This document shows, piece by piece, positions 41,700 through 53,689 of a stretch of DNA of 64,000 bases (positions within the stretch are counted from its first letter, which is position 1; every line of letters starts with the position of its first letter). The notes beneath the pieces were generated by a model. The model had not been told where the DNA came from, searched no databases, and was given only the letters and a program-made list of their open reading frames with translations. This DNA comes from Eledone cirrhosa. Taxonomy: Eukaryota. The stretch is from positions 37,510,001 through 37,574,000 of the forward strand of contig OZ024755.1 of NCBI GenBank assembly GCA_964016885.1, written 5' to 3'. A program made the position numbers and the translations under genes.

Positions 41700-42431
41700 T
41701 GAATTTTCTCCACAAATTCTTTGCAGGGTTTAGTATCCCTGACATCATTCTCTCCGATAACGGTACCTAATTTACTGCAAGTGAATTTAAGAATTTTTGC
41801 AAAATGTTCACAATTGTCCCTGTGTATCACCAGAGATAGAAAGGACAAGTTGACCGCTATGTGGACACGTTGAAAAGGGTGCTAAAAAAAAAAAATCTAA
41901 CAATGAGGAATTGGAGGAGGTATCGTTGCAACAATTCCCGAGGGTTTACTGAGTAACGCCAAACCCAAATACCGTTTCAGATATGTCGCCGGCTGAACTG
42001 ATGTTTGCCAGAAAAATTAGGTCAGTTTTTGATAAACTATTGCCGGGACTTAAAATAAAGACCTGGAGAAATACTAATATTACGTCCAAATATTTCCAAT
42101 CTGGGGAGATGTTTTTCAAAATATACAGGAATGGAAAGGAGGGTTGGGAAGACGGTGTAATAAAAAATAGATTGGTAAAATGACGTACATGGTGAAAGGT
42201 TCAAAATTGGAACACAAAAGGCGTATTAATAAGCTAAAACGAAGGTTGGCTGAGGAAAGGGGTACAAGAAAGGAAGTACCTATGGAAGTTTTCGATGTGC
42301 CGGCTCCACAAGAAATCATCGAACCAAGGCGTACCAATACAAGAAAAAGAAAGCACGCGGAATTGTTGGAGGTAGTCCCGAAGCGGAAAAAATATTAAGT
42401 TTCCGAAGGCGGTAAATCTTAAAAAGGGAGA
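41700..42431 (+). pseudogene. Ty3/Gypsy integrase remnant with polypurine tract
   Basis: IPDIILSDNGT*FTASEFKNFCK, GQVDRYVDTLKRVL, RVTPNPNTVSDMSPAELMFARKIRSVFDKLLP; stops/frameshifts; PPT AAAAAGGGAGA before TG at 42432. Confidence 0.88.
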
Positions 42432-43232
42432 TGTTGGGGAAAAAATATTAATTTCCAAAGGAAGAAAATCTCAAAAGGGAAAATGTGGTGAACAACCCTT
42501 TGGGATTAAAGAAATGGACTTGGCAGACTATTGTAAATAAGCAACGTGTCTTGTTGTCAGGAGTTCGGTTGGAATGTCGCTTGAAGTTACGCCTGAGATA
42601 AAGTTGTTTGTCCCCCCCCCCCTCCTGCATCGTAGAAAATATAACCAGGGTTATATAAGAAAGTGGATCAACCAATCAAATGCGACGCGATGCGGAAAAG
42701 AAAGTGGATTAACCAATCAGATATGACGGAATGCGGAAAAGAAAGTGGATTAACCAATCAGATATGACGGGATGCGGAAAAAGGATTAACCAATCAGATA
42801 TGACGGGATGTGGAAAAGAAAGAGGATTAACCAATCAGATATGACGGGATGCGGAAAAGAAAGTGGATTAACCAATCAGATATAACGCGATGCGGAAAAG
42901 AAAGTAGCATTAACCAATCAGATATGACGGGATGCGGAAAAGAAAGTAGCATTAACCAATCAGATATGACGGGATGCGGAAAAGAAAGTAGGATTAACCA
43001 ATCAGATATAACGCGATGCGGAAAAGAAAGTAGCATTAACCAATCAGATATGACGGGATGCGGAAAAGAAAGTAGCATTAACCAATCAGATATGACGGGA
43101 TGCGGAAAAGAAAGGAGGATTAACCAATCAGATATGACGGGATGCGGAAAAGAAAGTAAGATTAACCAATCAAATGCGCCGCGATGCGGAAAAGAAAGTG
43201 GATTAACCAATCAGATACGGTACAATACAACA
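42432..43232 (+). mobile_element. Putative 3' LTR of the Gypsy element (~800 bp)
   Basis: Starts TGTTG right after the PPT; complementary CAACA at 43228-43232; TATATAA at ~42652; right boundary inferred. Confidence 0.6.
42661..43216 (+). repeat. 41-42 bp tandem repeat, ~14 copies
   Basis: TTAACCAATCAGATATGACGGGATGCGGAAAAGAAAGTAGCA; CCAATC recurs at about 42673, 42713, 42754 ... 43207. Confidence 0.95.
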
Positions 43233-43583
43233 GTGGAAAGAAAATGGGACTACAAGGACCCCATTTCTTTCAAAATAATGTGATAAATGGCCCACTTACT
43301 TGCAGGGTGATCAAGGAGATTGGAACCCCTGATCAGGGTGTTGTGTTGTCATTCTCCTCCTCGTGATGGTGTCAAAGGAATATATACATACCATATCTAG
43401 GCTGGATTTCCAGATTTTGCCGAAATTTTTATTCAAAAGTGCAGGCATGGTTGTATGATTAAGGGTTAAATGGTTATGGTGTTCACTTTATTACCATAAG
43501 GTTTATGGTTTTTAACCCATTACTGTGTGGCTGGAACCCCTTAAGTAAGTACCTTCTAGGATAGCATGCACACACACACATAT

Positions 43584-43717
43584 GTTATGTCCTTGAGCAA
43601 GACACTTTATTTCACGTTGCTCCTTCTACCTGGAGTTGCGACCGATAGATAGTATTAGCAATTGGAAAGACCAACGGAAACGTTGTTTCCTCGGTCCGAT
43701 TTGACGAAAGTCGATCG
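43584..43717 (+). mobile_element. SINE family B, 5'-truncated
   Basis: GTCCTTGAGCAAGACACTTTATTTCACGTTGCTCC...GACGAAAGTCGATCG nearly identical to 58287-58420. Confidence 0.85.
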
Positions 43718-43724
43718 TTCCTTT

Positions 43725-43756
<32 letters not shown>

Positions 43757-43759
43757 GAG

Positions 43760-44105
43760 GCATATGGGAGCGTTGTCAGTACCACTGCACGATAAACTGC
43801 AACTTTTGTTTTCAGGGATATACCACTCGCACTCCACAGGCAGTGATGAAGTCTGCCAAAAGCATCAGTTGCCTTGGAGATGCGATTGACAATCTGATCG
43901 TCCAGGGATGCAGAGTGGTTCACCTTGCTGCCAAGGTAATTAAAGGAGATCACGTACTTCAGGTCCTTTCCATCAATTGAGATGGGTGCAAGAGGGTGCC
44001 CTTCATCTAACCGCACATGTTTAACACCTCCTACATGCCTGGGGGGGGGGGGGTTGGTTAATGTACCACCTCAGTCTTCTTGGTGATGATTGTTAGGCCA
44101 AAAGA
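43760..44105 (-). pseudogene. RTE-clade LINE ORF fragment (RT C-terminal/thumb region)
   Basis: GLTIITKKTEV...ISIDGKDLKYVISFNYLGS...IVNRISKATDAFGRLHHCLW...GISLKTKVAVYRAVVLTTLPY. Confidence 0.85.
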
Positions 44106-44162
44106 GGGAGACGAATTGAACTGCTTTTCACTTGCGCGCGCATGCGTGCGTGGGTGCGTGTA

Positions 44163-44206
<44 letters not shown>

Positions 44207-44639
44207 AGCATGGATAAGTGAGCATAAAGGCATCTGGGTGTGGAAAACTGAAATGAAAACCCTTACACGTGATCATACCTGCACTTCTGAAATATTTCAA
44301 CAGGAGAAATGATAAAATTATTTGAACCAACAAAAATATTTTTGCTGTTTCATAAATACTTTTTACTCATTTCCCATAATTAGTAATAACAATGACAATA
44401 ATACATAGAGTCGGTAAGTTTTAATTATATTTCAAATACTGGTAATTAAAATGTATGTACTAATTTACGTACCCTTTAATGGCTGTTTTTCTAATGGAAT
44501 ACATATTATTTCAAATAATCAATGAAGAATTTTGAGGAATTTACTAAAATTATTAATCTTCTTGTGACACTAAACTCGGCCAGTTGCAGACTGTACATCA
44601 ACATGTGATATCTCTCTCCACAAAGTTCGATCACCAACA

Positions 44640-45100
44640 GCAGAGGTCAAAGAGCAAAGGTCAAGTCCAGTCCATAAGTTGACATTGACAAGCCATCGTT
44701 TGGCTGCCGGCCTTTGCTTCTCTTACCAGCCAACCTTCCTTCCTTCCAGGTATAACCTACTCACACCACGAGTTGATCTTTTTATATGACTGTATAGTTT
44801 GAGTACTCTTGACTTGATAATTGATGTAATTGGTCTAAGTTTGGTAATGTTGAGCAGCTCACTGATACAGATACGGTCGCTGAGCCGCTTGCCAGTCATA
44901 AGTCTCATGATGTGGTTCTGGAATGTAGAGAGCTTCTGAAGTGACGTTGTCCAATTAACACAGTCAATACCATATAACACAACTGGTAGAGTGTAAGTAT
45001 CAAAGATCTTAGCCTTCAAATGATAGGAAACTCATTTTGATGTTAGTACTTCCTTGTTCTTGTTGAAAGCTGCCCAACCTAGAGCGATTCGATATTGCGC
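44640..45100 (-). pseudogene. Second RTE-like LINE fragment (post-RT region)
   Basis: RIALGWAAFNKNKEVL...KAKIFDTYTLPVVLYGIDCVNWT...LSTFQNHIMRLMTG...RVLKLYSHIKR. Confidence 0.8.
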
Positions 45101-45639
45101 AGCAACATTCCATTGTTGTTTTAATTAATCATTTCACTAAGATAGTAACTTAATGTAAGGTTCTTATATATAATTGTTGGAAAATAATTTAAATTGGAAA
45201 CCTTTAACTTTTTGACGAGCTTGGTAACTAAAGGGTTAAAGAGCAACTAACCTTTTCCTTATATCTTTAAATGACAGACACTACTTGTGGATTTCAAATA
45301 GTTTTGAAAATAATCAGGAATTTGGAGAGATTTAGTAATAATATTCTTGTTAGGTTAGAGTTAAGAAGGGCATCTGTTGTAGAAACCATGTGAAACAAAA
45401 GACTGTTCAGTTAAGTCAAAGACATAGCAACCTCCCCAGTGCTGGGCCACAATAAATGCTTCCAGTACACTCTGTAAAGTGGTTAGACATCAAATGAACA
45501 CAGCAAAGAACCCTTTAGTCTTGGTGTGAACATAAAAACATATCTGGATCCAAGTGGAGGGGATATGTGATAAATGTGGGCCTTGGGTGACATGGGGAAA
45601 ATTGATCTCAGGAAGGGGAACCTTACAAAGGAAAGACAC

Positions 45640-45790
45640 AGATGGATGGAAGACATGGTAGAGGTATTCCGAGATAGACTTAGCCAGATATTATGGAAGC
45701 TGATCTCAGGAGAGTGAACCTCACCCCAAAAAGAAAAAAGTAGAAGGATGCTGTGGTAGAGGCATTCCATGGTAAACTTAGACAAAAGGA
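45640..45790 (+). pseudogene. Highly decayed RTE LINE C-terminal fragment
   Basis: GRGIPR*T*PDIMEADLRRVNL resembles the RTE C-terminal GRPRKTWxDxxxxDL motif. Confidence 0.45.
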
Positions 45791-46337
45791 TTGAGAGGAC
45801 CCTTTTGTCCCGTTGAGGACTTGACCTCTCGAGCTGATACAATAAAATGTACCCATCAAACCATGTAAAGTGCTTGACAATCAAGTGGAGATAGTGTCGA
45901 GTGGACCCTTAAATCTTGAGAATATAATGGCCTCCCTAGATTCATGTGGAAGGAAATGTAGAGCAAAGCCAAGGCGTGAGCAGAAGAAGTGGAAGAAAAG
46001 ACCTGTTCAACCCACGTAAGCAAATATGTAGAAAAAAATAACCCTATATCAAAATACTGATAACGAGGATATATTAATTTGCAATAATTAAAATATTTAC
46101 AGACTCTTTGTATTATTGCAAAATTTTCCCCAAAATAATTAAAAATTCAATTTATAAATGTCATCTTTTGGTTGCTTATAAATCCTTTTTTTTGTTCAAT
46201 TTAATTTCAAAATATTAAACAAAACATTTAAAAAAGTTAACCCTTTTGTTACTTTATTGCTAATGAAGTTGGAGGGATTTACTAAAATGATTATTTCAAT
46301 GTTGTGATATGTGAAGTAATGTTAGGCTGCTGTTGAG

Positions 46338-46590
46338 CTCTACTGGTAACATAACCCAGTACGACCCATCACATGGTCAGATTATTGGTGATTAAACCGA
46401 CAAATTCACCAAGCTTGTTTGGTGAGGGTGATGATTTCTGGACACACTGCAGGATGAAAAACAAAACCCTTCAAAGAGTGGAGGAACTTAGAAGAGTCAA
46501 AGGCCATCCAATAGTATTAAAAAAAAAAAATCAGGCAGACAGAGCTTGTTGGCTTTAGTAGGCAGTATGTCTAGGACAAGGAACACCTGC
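46338..46590 (+). mobile_element. Diverged 5' portion of the RTE-derived element
   Basis: CTACTGGTAACATAACCCAGTAC, CACCAAGCTTGTTTGGTGAGG, CTGCAGGATGAAAAACAAAACC, AAGAGTCAAAGGCCATCCAA match 56304-56480. Confidence 0.7.
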
Positions 46591-47414
46591 AGTAAGTAAG
46601 ACTATTAACTGGGTGACAACCTTTCAGGTGGCTAATGACTTCATTCCTGTAAGGCAGATGAGCACAGCTCAGTAACTAGTTTCCGAATAATGGACAGATG
46701 AGAATTTGGGACCCCCCCCCCTTACATCATTCTTTCCTCCAATGAGTATTATGGACATACAACATCTAATAGATGCGTATTAGTGCTATTGTCATAGGTC
46801 CCTGACACTCAGCAATGAGAGTGGGAGGAGACCAGACCATATATTTGTAAAGGTTCATAACTAAATGAGTTAAGGTGCTTGGATCACAATCATATGACAG
46901 TGAGTTTGATCCCTGTATTGAGGCAGGTGGTACATTCTGTTCTTGAACAAGACAATGTTGTTCCAGTCCACTTAACTGTGAGTGCGGGTGAAATGACTTT
47001 CAACAAGATTTGTGCTAAGCTGTTTATATTTTAATTAAAACTGGAACACTTAAAAATGAGTGGTCATAGTTTCACAGGGAATCGGGTTGGTACCAAAAGG
47101 GTTTAAATGGTTAGTAATAACAACAACAACAATAGTTTTCTTTTCTCTCATTTAAATTTTTATTCTTTTTTATAAATAACAACAATAACAATAAAAACAA
47201 GGTCCCAGGGTGGAAATATTAGTAAGGGGCTAGTGTTTAGTCAATGTAATCGACACAACTACAGGCAGTACTTGAAAGGTCCTTTATTTTATTGGCCCCT
47301 ATATTCCATAAAGTCCCTGAAGCAATGATGAACTAAAGTGACAATTATTTGTCTGATGCTCCAATGATTTTCTGAAATGCACCATCTCATAATAATAGTA
47401 ATTATAATTTCTGT

Positions 47415-47451
<37 letters not shown>

Positions 47452-47631
47452 TTGTTTTGCAACCCCGACTAAATAGTGAGCCTGTTGTGTTATTATTTCT
47501 GGCAATATTATAACAATATGACCCTAGCCAAGTATAACAATTTATATATATATATAGGTGTATGGTTGCAAGAAAAATTGCGTCCGTAGGCGGTATGCCA
47601 GGTGACCCCTTGGAGATAAGATCACATAGGA

Positions 47632-47725
47632 AACATATCTGATGATCTTTCAATTACAGAATTAGTTTCGATCAATAATAGATCGTTCCTCGATCTGATC
47701 GATAGTGAAACATATGTAATATGTT
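47632..47725 (+). ncRNA. Type I hammerhead-ribozyme-like motif (intact core, long decayed stem II)
   Basis: AACATAT-CTGATGA-(61 nt)-GAAA-CATAT-GTA-ATATGTT: 7-bp stem I, palindromic stem III ACATATGT, GUA cleavage triplet. Confidence 0.6.
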
Positions 47726-48147
47726 ATTAAATATATCATGATGCAACACTGAATCCTTGTTCCTTTATATATATAAATTTAAGTGAAAAAAAAAACTCCT
47801 CTTTATGGGAGTATAAGCCAGACAGACAAAATTAAGTTAGTTTAACTTATATAAAGATCTCCATACCATGGTTTCTTTTGTGGAAGAAACAATTTATTGG
47901 AGGAATCCACAATACTCTTCAGGGAAGTTTATTCTTCAAAACTAAGAGGCTATACTGATCATGAAATTACACATACTGTTTCAATTGCCAAGGCAGCATG
48001 CTGTCAAAAACACGTTGCCTTGTTGAACTATTAAATGATCAAATCTTTTTTAATATATTAGGACTATGCCACAGGCTTCTAATAACGCTAGAAATAACAG
48101 CAAAAATAAACGTCTGATACAACTCGACAAATTAAGGATTAATTAAT

Positions 48148-48314
48148 TGTTTCTACATTTGGCACAATTATCTCAGTGCATTACTGGTACTTTATTTTAT
48201 CGACCCCGTAAGGATGAAAGGCAAAGTTAACCTCGGCGGGATTTGAACTCAGAATAGCAAGGGCCGTAACTCTATGCGTCAAAGCATGGCGTCCGACCCT
48301 CTACCGATACTTCC
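48148..48314 (-). mobile_element. SINE family A with 15-bp TSD
   Basis: TAAGGATTAATTAAT at 48133-48147 and 48315-48329. Confidence 0.88.
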
Positions 48315-48725
48315 TAAGGATTAATTAATATTAATTAAAATGGAACACAAAGAAATTATTAGCATTAGGGTAAGTTGATTTAATCAACCCCGTTTTATCA
48401 CTGTTGGTCACAAAAAAGGGGGCAGATACACTGTAAGTATTAATAGTCGATTACATTGACAACTACCTTGGCTGGAGATTGAAAACAAAACTAATAGGGA
48501 TGTAACTTTATACTTTGTATACCCTATAGTTTTGAACATATAAAAAGTAGACTCCCTACCTTTTTAACAGTCATGGAAAGAAACAATACAGTTATTGAAA
48601 AGAGTTGAAATAAATGCATGCAAGATTTCACAGTTCTAGCGTCACCCCTTTATAGTTAACCTATGAACATTTCAGCCGACCTCATATATATATATATATA
48701 TTCTATATATATATATATATATATA

Positions 48726-48912
48726 ATTGTTTCTACTTTTGGCACAAGGCCAGCAATTATCCCAGTGCATTACTGGTACTTTAGTTTATCGACCCCGTAA
48801 GGATGAAAGGCAAAGTTAATCTCGGCGAGATTTGAACTCGGATCATAAAGGGAGGTAACTCTATGCTTCAAAGCATGGCGTCCGACCCTTACCGATACTG
48901 CCAATCCACCGC
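48726..48912 (-). mobile_element. SINE family A, full length, within TA microsatellite
   Basis: Complete reverse-complement copy ending CTGCCAATCCACCGC. Confidence 0.88.
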
Positions 48913-50412
48913 TCTATATAATATAATATAATATATAATATATAATATAATATATAATATATAATATATAATATAAAAGAAAGATGTTTATTGGTTCGCT
49001 GGTGTGTTGGTTGAATCACACGCAAACTACATACACACACACACCAATACATACACACACATTTAAAGAGAGAGAGACACATAGAGGGAGAGGCAAAGAG
49101 AGAGGCCGTTATACAGAGATAGATACAATTAAAGTGTTAGATATTCAGAGAGAGAGAGAGAATCGGCTTAAACAGTTGAAGGTTTAACAATATAGCGTTA
49201 GCTTTTATAAAGTAGTTTTATAATCTTTGATTTTACAGAACAAAGAAAAATTGATACTATTTGAAATTAATCTACCCTCCAGCTTTTCTAGATAGGTAAT
49301 CTTTTCTTTAAAGCCACTGTGGGCAAGGGCTTCATTGTAATAAAGAGTAGAGGCACTAAAAATGTCTTCATTGGCTGAGAGACCGAAAATTCTAAGCGAG
49401 ACACTTAACTAAATTATCAGTAATATTTTTAGGATGGTTCGAACTAGCAGCTATGTATCTAAGGGATCTGTTAGCTTTGTGGTACGGGTAATAGGGGAAA
49501 ATATCTAAAAGTGACATCTAAAGATTGGACATAGACATATTTGATTCATTGGTGATTCTAAAACCTAGATTACGGAAGAAAGTGTATCATTTTTTTCCGA
49601 AACCCATCAGTGGTTTTAGGATTTACCTTGTGCAAAGCAAAAAGGCCTTCGTTGCGGGAAGCAAAACAATGCATTTTTCACTTTACAGCCGCAGATCTAA
49701 CTTTTCCGTTGGTACCATTCAGAATTAAAGCTACGAATATACTTGTTGCTTATTCCTAGCTGAGATATTCAAATATCAGGTGTTGAACGGCCTCTTTTCT
49801 TAACTATAACTTTCTCATAGAGAGACAACTGTGAAAACCTAAAGTTCACTTAATGTCACAGAATTTATTTCTTGGGGATGCAAGGATGTCATGGTTAAAT
49901 TATCTAAATTTTCTATACAATAAAACAACCGACAAAAATATGAATTAAACAGAATAGCTGGAAGTATGATAATAATCTACAGTTTATCACATTCAAGAAT
50001 ATGGTACATGGTTTTTAAGCACAACACACGCCGAGTCAAAAATAAACACTACACTCGAACAACAATGTCGACATCGCGTGAGCGACAGTGCACTCTCTAA
50101 CCAACGTTCAGCTTCTTTCCTCTGACGCGTGCGCAACGCATGCGCACAACAGCCAAACACCGCATCGCTGGAATTGTTAAACACACAGTTCCATACAAGG
50201 ATTTTTGTAAGTTTTCATGAACGAGGGGATGGCTAGTGACATGAAGCTTAAGAATTAAAGAAAAAAGACATTGAATGTTACCGATAATATCGAGTGAAAA
50301 TACGGGGTGCTACAATTCCTATACACGAGCCGCCACTCTCCCGAATGAAACAGTTCTAGTCTTGTAGAAGCCATTTCTATATTAAATATTTATACTCTGC
50401 TTTGTATTGAGT

Positions 50413-50532
50413 ACCTTACTTACTGTTGTTACCTCCGATTGAACCCGGGATAAACACGTACGCGCGCGTGCGTGCGTGCGCGTGTGTGTGTTTATCCCGG
50501 GTTCAATCGGAGGTAACAACAGTAAGTAAGGT
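50413..50532. repeat. Perfect 45-bp inverted repeat with 30-nt CG/TG-alternating spacer
   Basis: 50413-50457 ACCTTACTTACTGTTGTTACCTCCGATTGAACCCGGGATAAACAC is the exact reverse complement of 50488-50532. Confidence 0.95.
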
Positions 50533-51909
50533 CAAATATGAAATTTGTAGAAATTTGTTTTTTTTCTACAAATTTCATACTTGACGACCCTATATACGTA
50601 TATATATATATATATACGTATATATATCATAATTTGGGTGGACATAAGGGTGAACCACTTCAAATGAGTACTCAATACAAAACACACACACACACAGAGA
50701 AAAGTACATGTATATCGTTGAATGATGTACGTATCGAGGAAGTCCTCTGCATTGAATGCACATTAATTTGACACGATTTATCCTTTAATAAAGACCAAGT
50801 TTGTTTCACTGGATAGGGGGCTGTTAACAATGAACACTCTTCTACCCAGCAAATCAAAATAATTTTGTAAATATCTCGCGTCACACACACGTATAATTTT
50901 AGACACACATAATAGTATAGACACATAATTGGAAAAACAGTTCCCATGCGTGCTACTGTCTAAAGGCAGCACTAAAATACACACAAATTGAAATAGTAAA
51001 TTTTATAAGTATTTTAGAAGAAATGCCAGGGTCGAGAATGATTTGTGTCTTGTGAAAGGGTGGGTAAATAAAACTATATAGTTACAAGTGTTTTATTAGT
51101 TTTAAAATATATTTACTTGCAAAAGACAAGGACAAATACAGAAAGAATATGAATAAGAAAATAAATAGAAAATTAGTTGAGAATTTGGTATAATCAATCT
51201 GGTTTAACACACGATATGAATTCACCAATAGTAAATTAGTTGAAGTAAAAGGTGAAATGTAACGTGGAGGGGGCGTGGTCTTTTCTTTAGAAACTTATCG
51301 GGTGGGAAGAGTTTTACGAAAATGACATTTTCCCAACTTAAGGAAAACCTTACCAGATGCAATATAAGATTTAGTGAAATTTCTGACATTGCCATGAATG
51401 GAATTTAATGGCGAAAGAAGAACACCTACGGTTTAGGTTACCTCTTATAGAAGCGAAAGGGGATGCTAAAGAAGAATAACATGCAATATATCCTAAAACT
51501 TATGTATAATTATATAGCATTGTAAAATGATGTATAATCTTCAAGGCCAAAGGTTTTCAAACGCAACTATATAGAATATCAGGAATGTTGTTTTGCTAAA
51601 ACCCGACTTCATAAATACGAAGTGAATTGTGTAAACAAAATGTTGCTTCCAGCTTCCATGAGAAATTATTTCTGTCGACATATAGGACATGCCAACGCAA
51701 ACTATTACCCATCTTGATATAATGCATACATTAAAAAGGATTTATCAAAACACGTGGGCCCCAAATGTGTACAAGAAAGACATAAATGATTGAATCTAAC
51801 TTAGTAAATGACAGATTTATATAATTTTATCGATTATGAGATGAAAGATAATTGGAAAAGTCAATAGTGGCAGGATTGCAGCGTACAACAAAGTATGTAA
51901 TAATATTAA

Positions 51910-52240
51910 TAATTGTTTCTACTTTTGGCACAAGGCCAGCAATTACCCAGTGCATTACTGGTACTTTATTTTTATCGACCCCGTAAGGATGAAAGGCAAA
52001 GTTAACCTCGGCGGGATTTGAACTCAGAATGGCAAGGACCGTAACTATGCGTCAAAGCATGGCGTCCGACCCTCTACCGATACTGCCAAATAAGGATTTC
52101 TACTATAGGCCCAAGGTCAGCAATTTGGGGAGGGGGGGGGGGGCTCGATTAAATCGACTCCAGTGTATTACTGGTACTTTATTTTATCAACCCCGTAAGG
52201 ATAAAAGGCAAAGCTAACCTCAACTGGATTTGAACTCAGA
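51910..52240 (-). mobile_element. Two adjacent SINE family A copies
   Basis: Family core at about 51955-52030 and again 52170-52240. Confidence 0.85.
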
Positions 52241-53142
52241 ACAAAGTAGACTCCAAGGTAAATTGCGATGTTCTTCAGCAAAACGTAATACAAATAATTC
52301 AATTAGGATAAATTTTATGCTGCGAGGAAGACGACACGCTTAAAGATATGTTAACTGGTTTGGAGCGATAAATTAATTTGGATTAGTGAAAGAGGAGAGT
52401 TGGGGGAGGGTGATGGAAGAGGTAACAAGTATTTGACGCAAGGAACATTAGTCGAAGAGCAGATAGAATAATAGAAAAACTGGAAGAGACGGATGCACAT
52501 ATATATATATGTATGTATTAAGAAAGATTTAGGTAAGAGGGCGCGATACGAATAGGAAATATGTGGTGGGGCAAGAGTAGTGTAAAGTAACAAGAAAACA
52601 AAATTGTTTTTACCTAATATTGAGTAACTTTTCCAGGTTGGTTTCTTTTTATCGAATGAAAAAGAAACAGAGTCCTGCTTTATGAGCTGTTTTTTTGTTG
52701 AATTTCTGACCTCAAGGTCGGAATAATTGCAATGGCATGTATGTTTTTAGCATTGCATTGCTCTAAATCCCCATCAAAAAAGAAAAACCGACCCTTAAAT
52801 ATATTTTCCGTGCTATTTCCAACTTCAGCTTTTTTATATATGTATGTATATAGTGAATTTCGCAAGAAATGTTATGTCCAAAGCAGGTAGAGCACTCAGT
52901 CCGAGAGATAAGTTGCAATATACAGAATTAGGTTTAATTCACATTTTCATTTGTCGAATAAGTGCGTTTCCCTGTGGAAATATTTCCGCAGCTCGTCAGT
53001 CCGCCATCTTTGAAATGTAATGTGCGTTGACAGTATTTGAGTTCTACTAGAGAGTTCTTGTGGAAAGGGAGATAACTTGTGGCGTTGTGTTAACTCTAAG
53101 GCTTGTGTAAACTAGGAAGAAGTAATTTAGTGTAGAGGAATC

Positions 53143-53183
<41 letters not shown>

Positions 53184-53436
53184 AAAATTTCGCTCTACAT
53201 GGCTGAATACAATAAATGTAATCTGAGTTTTTCGAATATTAATAATAATATTCGATTCGTTTGCAAATATGAAAACAAACCTCATTTTATAGCCATGTCA
53301 ATAGAATGAACCCTTCATTCTTGCTCTTGTGCTGGCATGTAAACAAAACTGCAGACACTAATGTTTCCGGGTATCACCCTTCATCAGTACTGTTCACCTG
53401 CCAACTGTCACAGCTAGTGAAAATATATACTATTTT

Positions 53437-53518
53437 CTAAAATATACAGTGGCTGATCGGCCTGATTTGCATATTAGCTGACTGGCTGATCAGGCCGATC
53501 AGTCACTGTATATTTTAG
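53437..53518. repeat. 30-bp inverted repeat hairpin (1 mismatch), 22-nt loop
   Basis: CTAAAATATACAGTGGCTGATCGGCCTGAT / ATCAGGCCGATCAGTCACTGTATATTTTAG. Confidence 0.9.
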
Positions 53519-53689
53519 GACACCCGATCTAATGGTGGAGGAACTCATGAGGTTCAAGAGCTAATAGTGTGCATATGTGTGTCTAACTAGTGACTCGAAA
53601 TCTGATTTTAAAAAAAACATCATGCGCGCTCCCGAGTCATTAACCCGCATCGCTGAGAGGGAGACCTCACGTGTGCATTCACCAATTTA

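Noticed and set aside
42827-43283. 14-aa repeat ORFs on both strands
   Set aside because: By-product of the 42-bp tandem unit
51322-51480. Two short consecutive ATG ORFs after a GC-box-like GGGGCGTGG
   Set aside because: Under 30 codons each, no recognisable homology or splice signals
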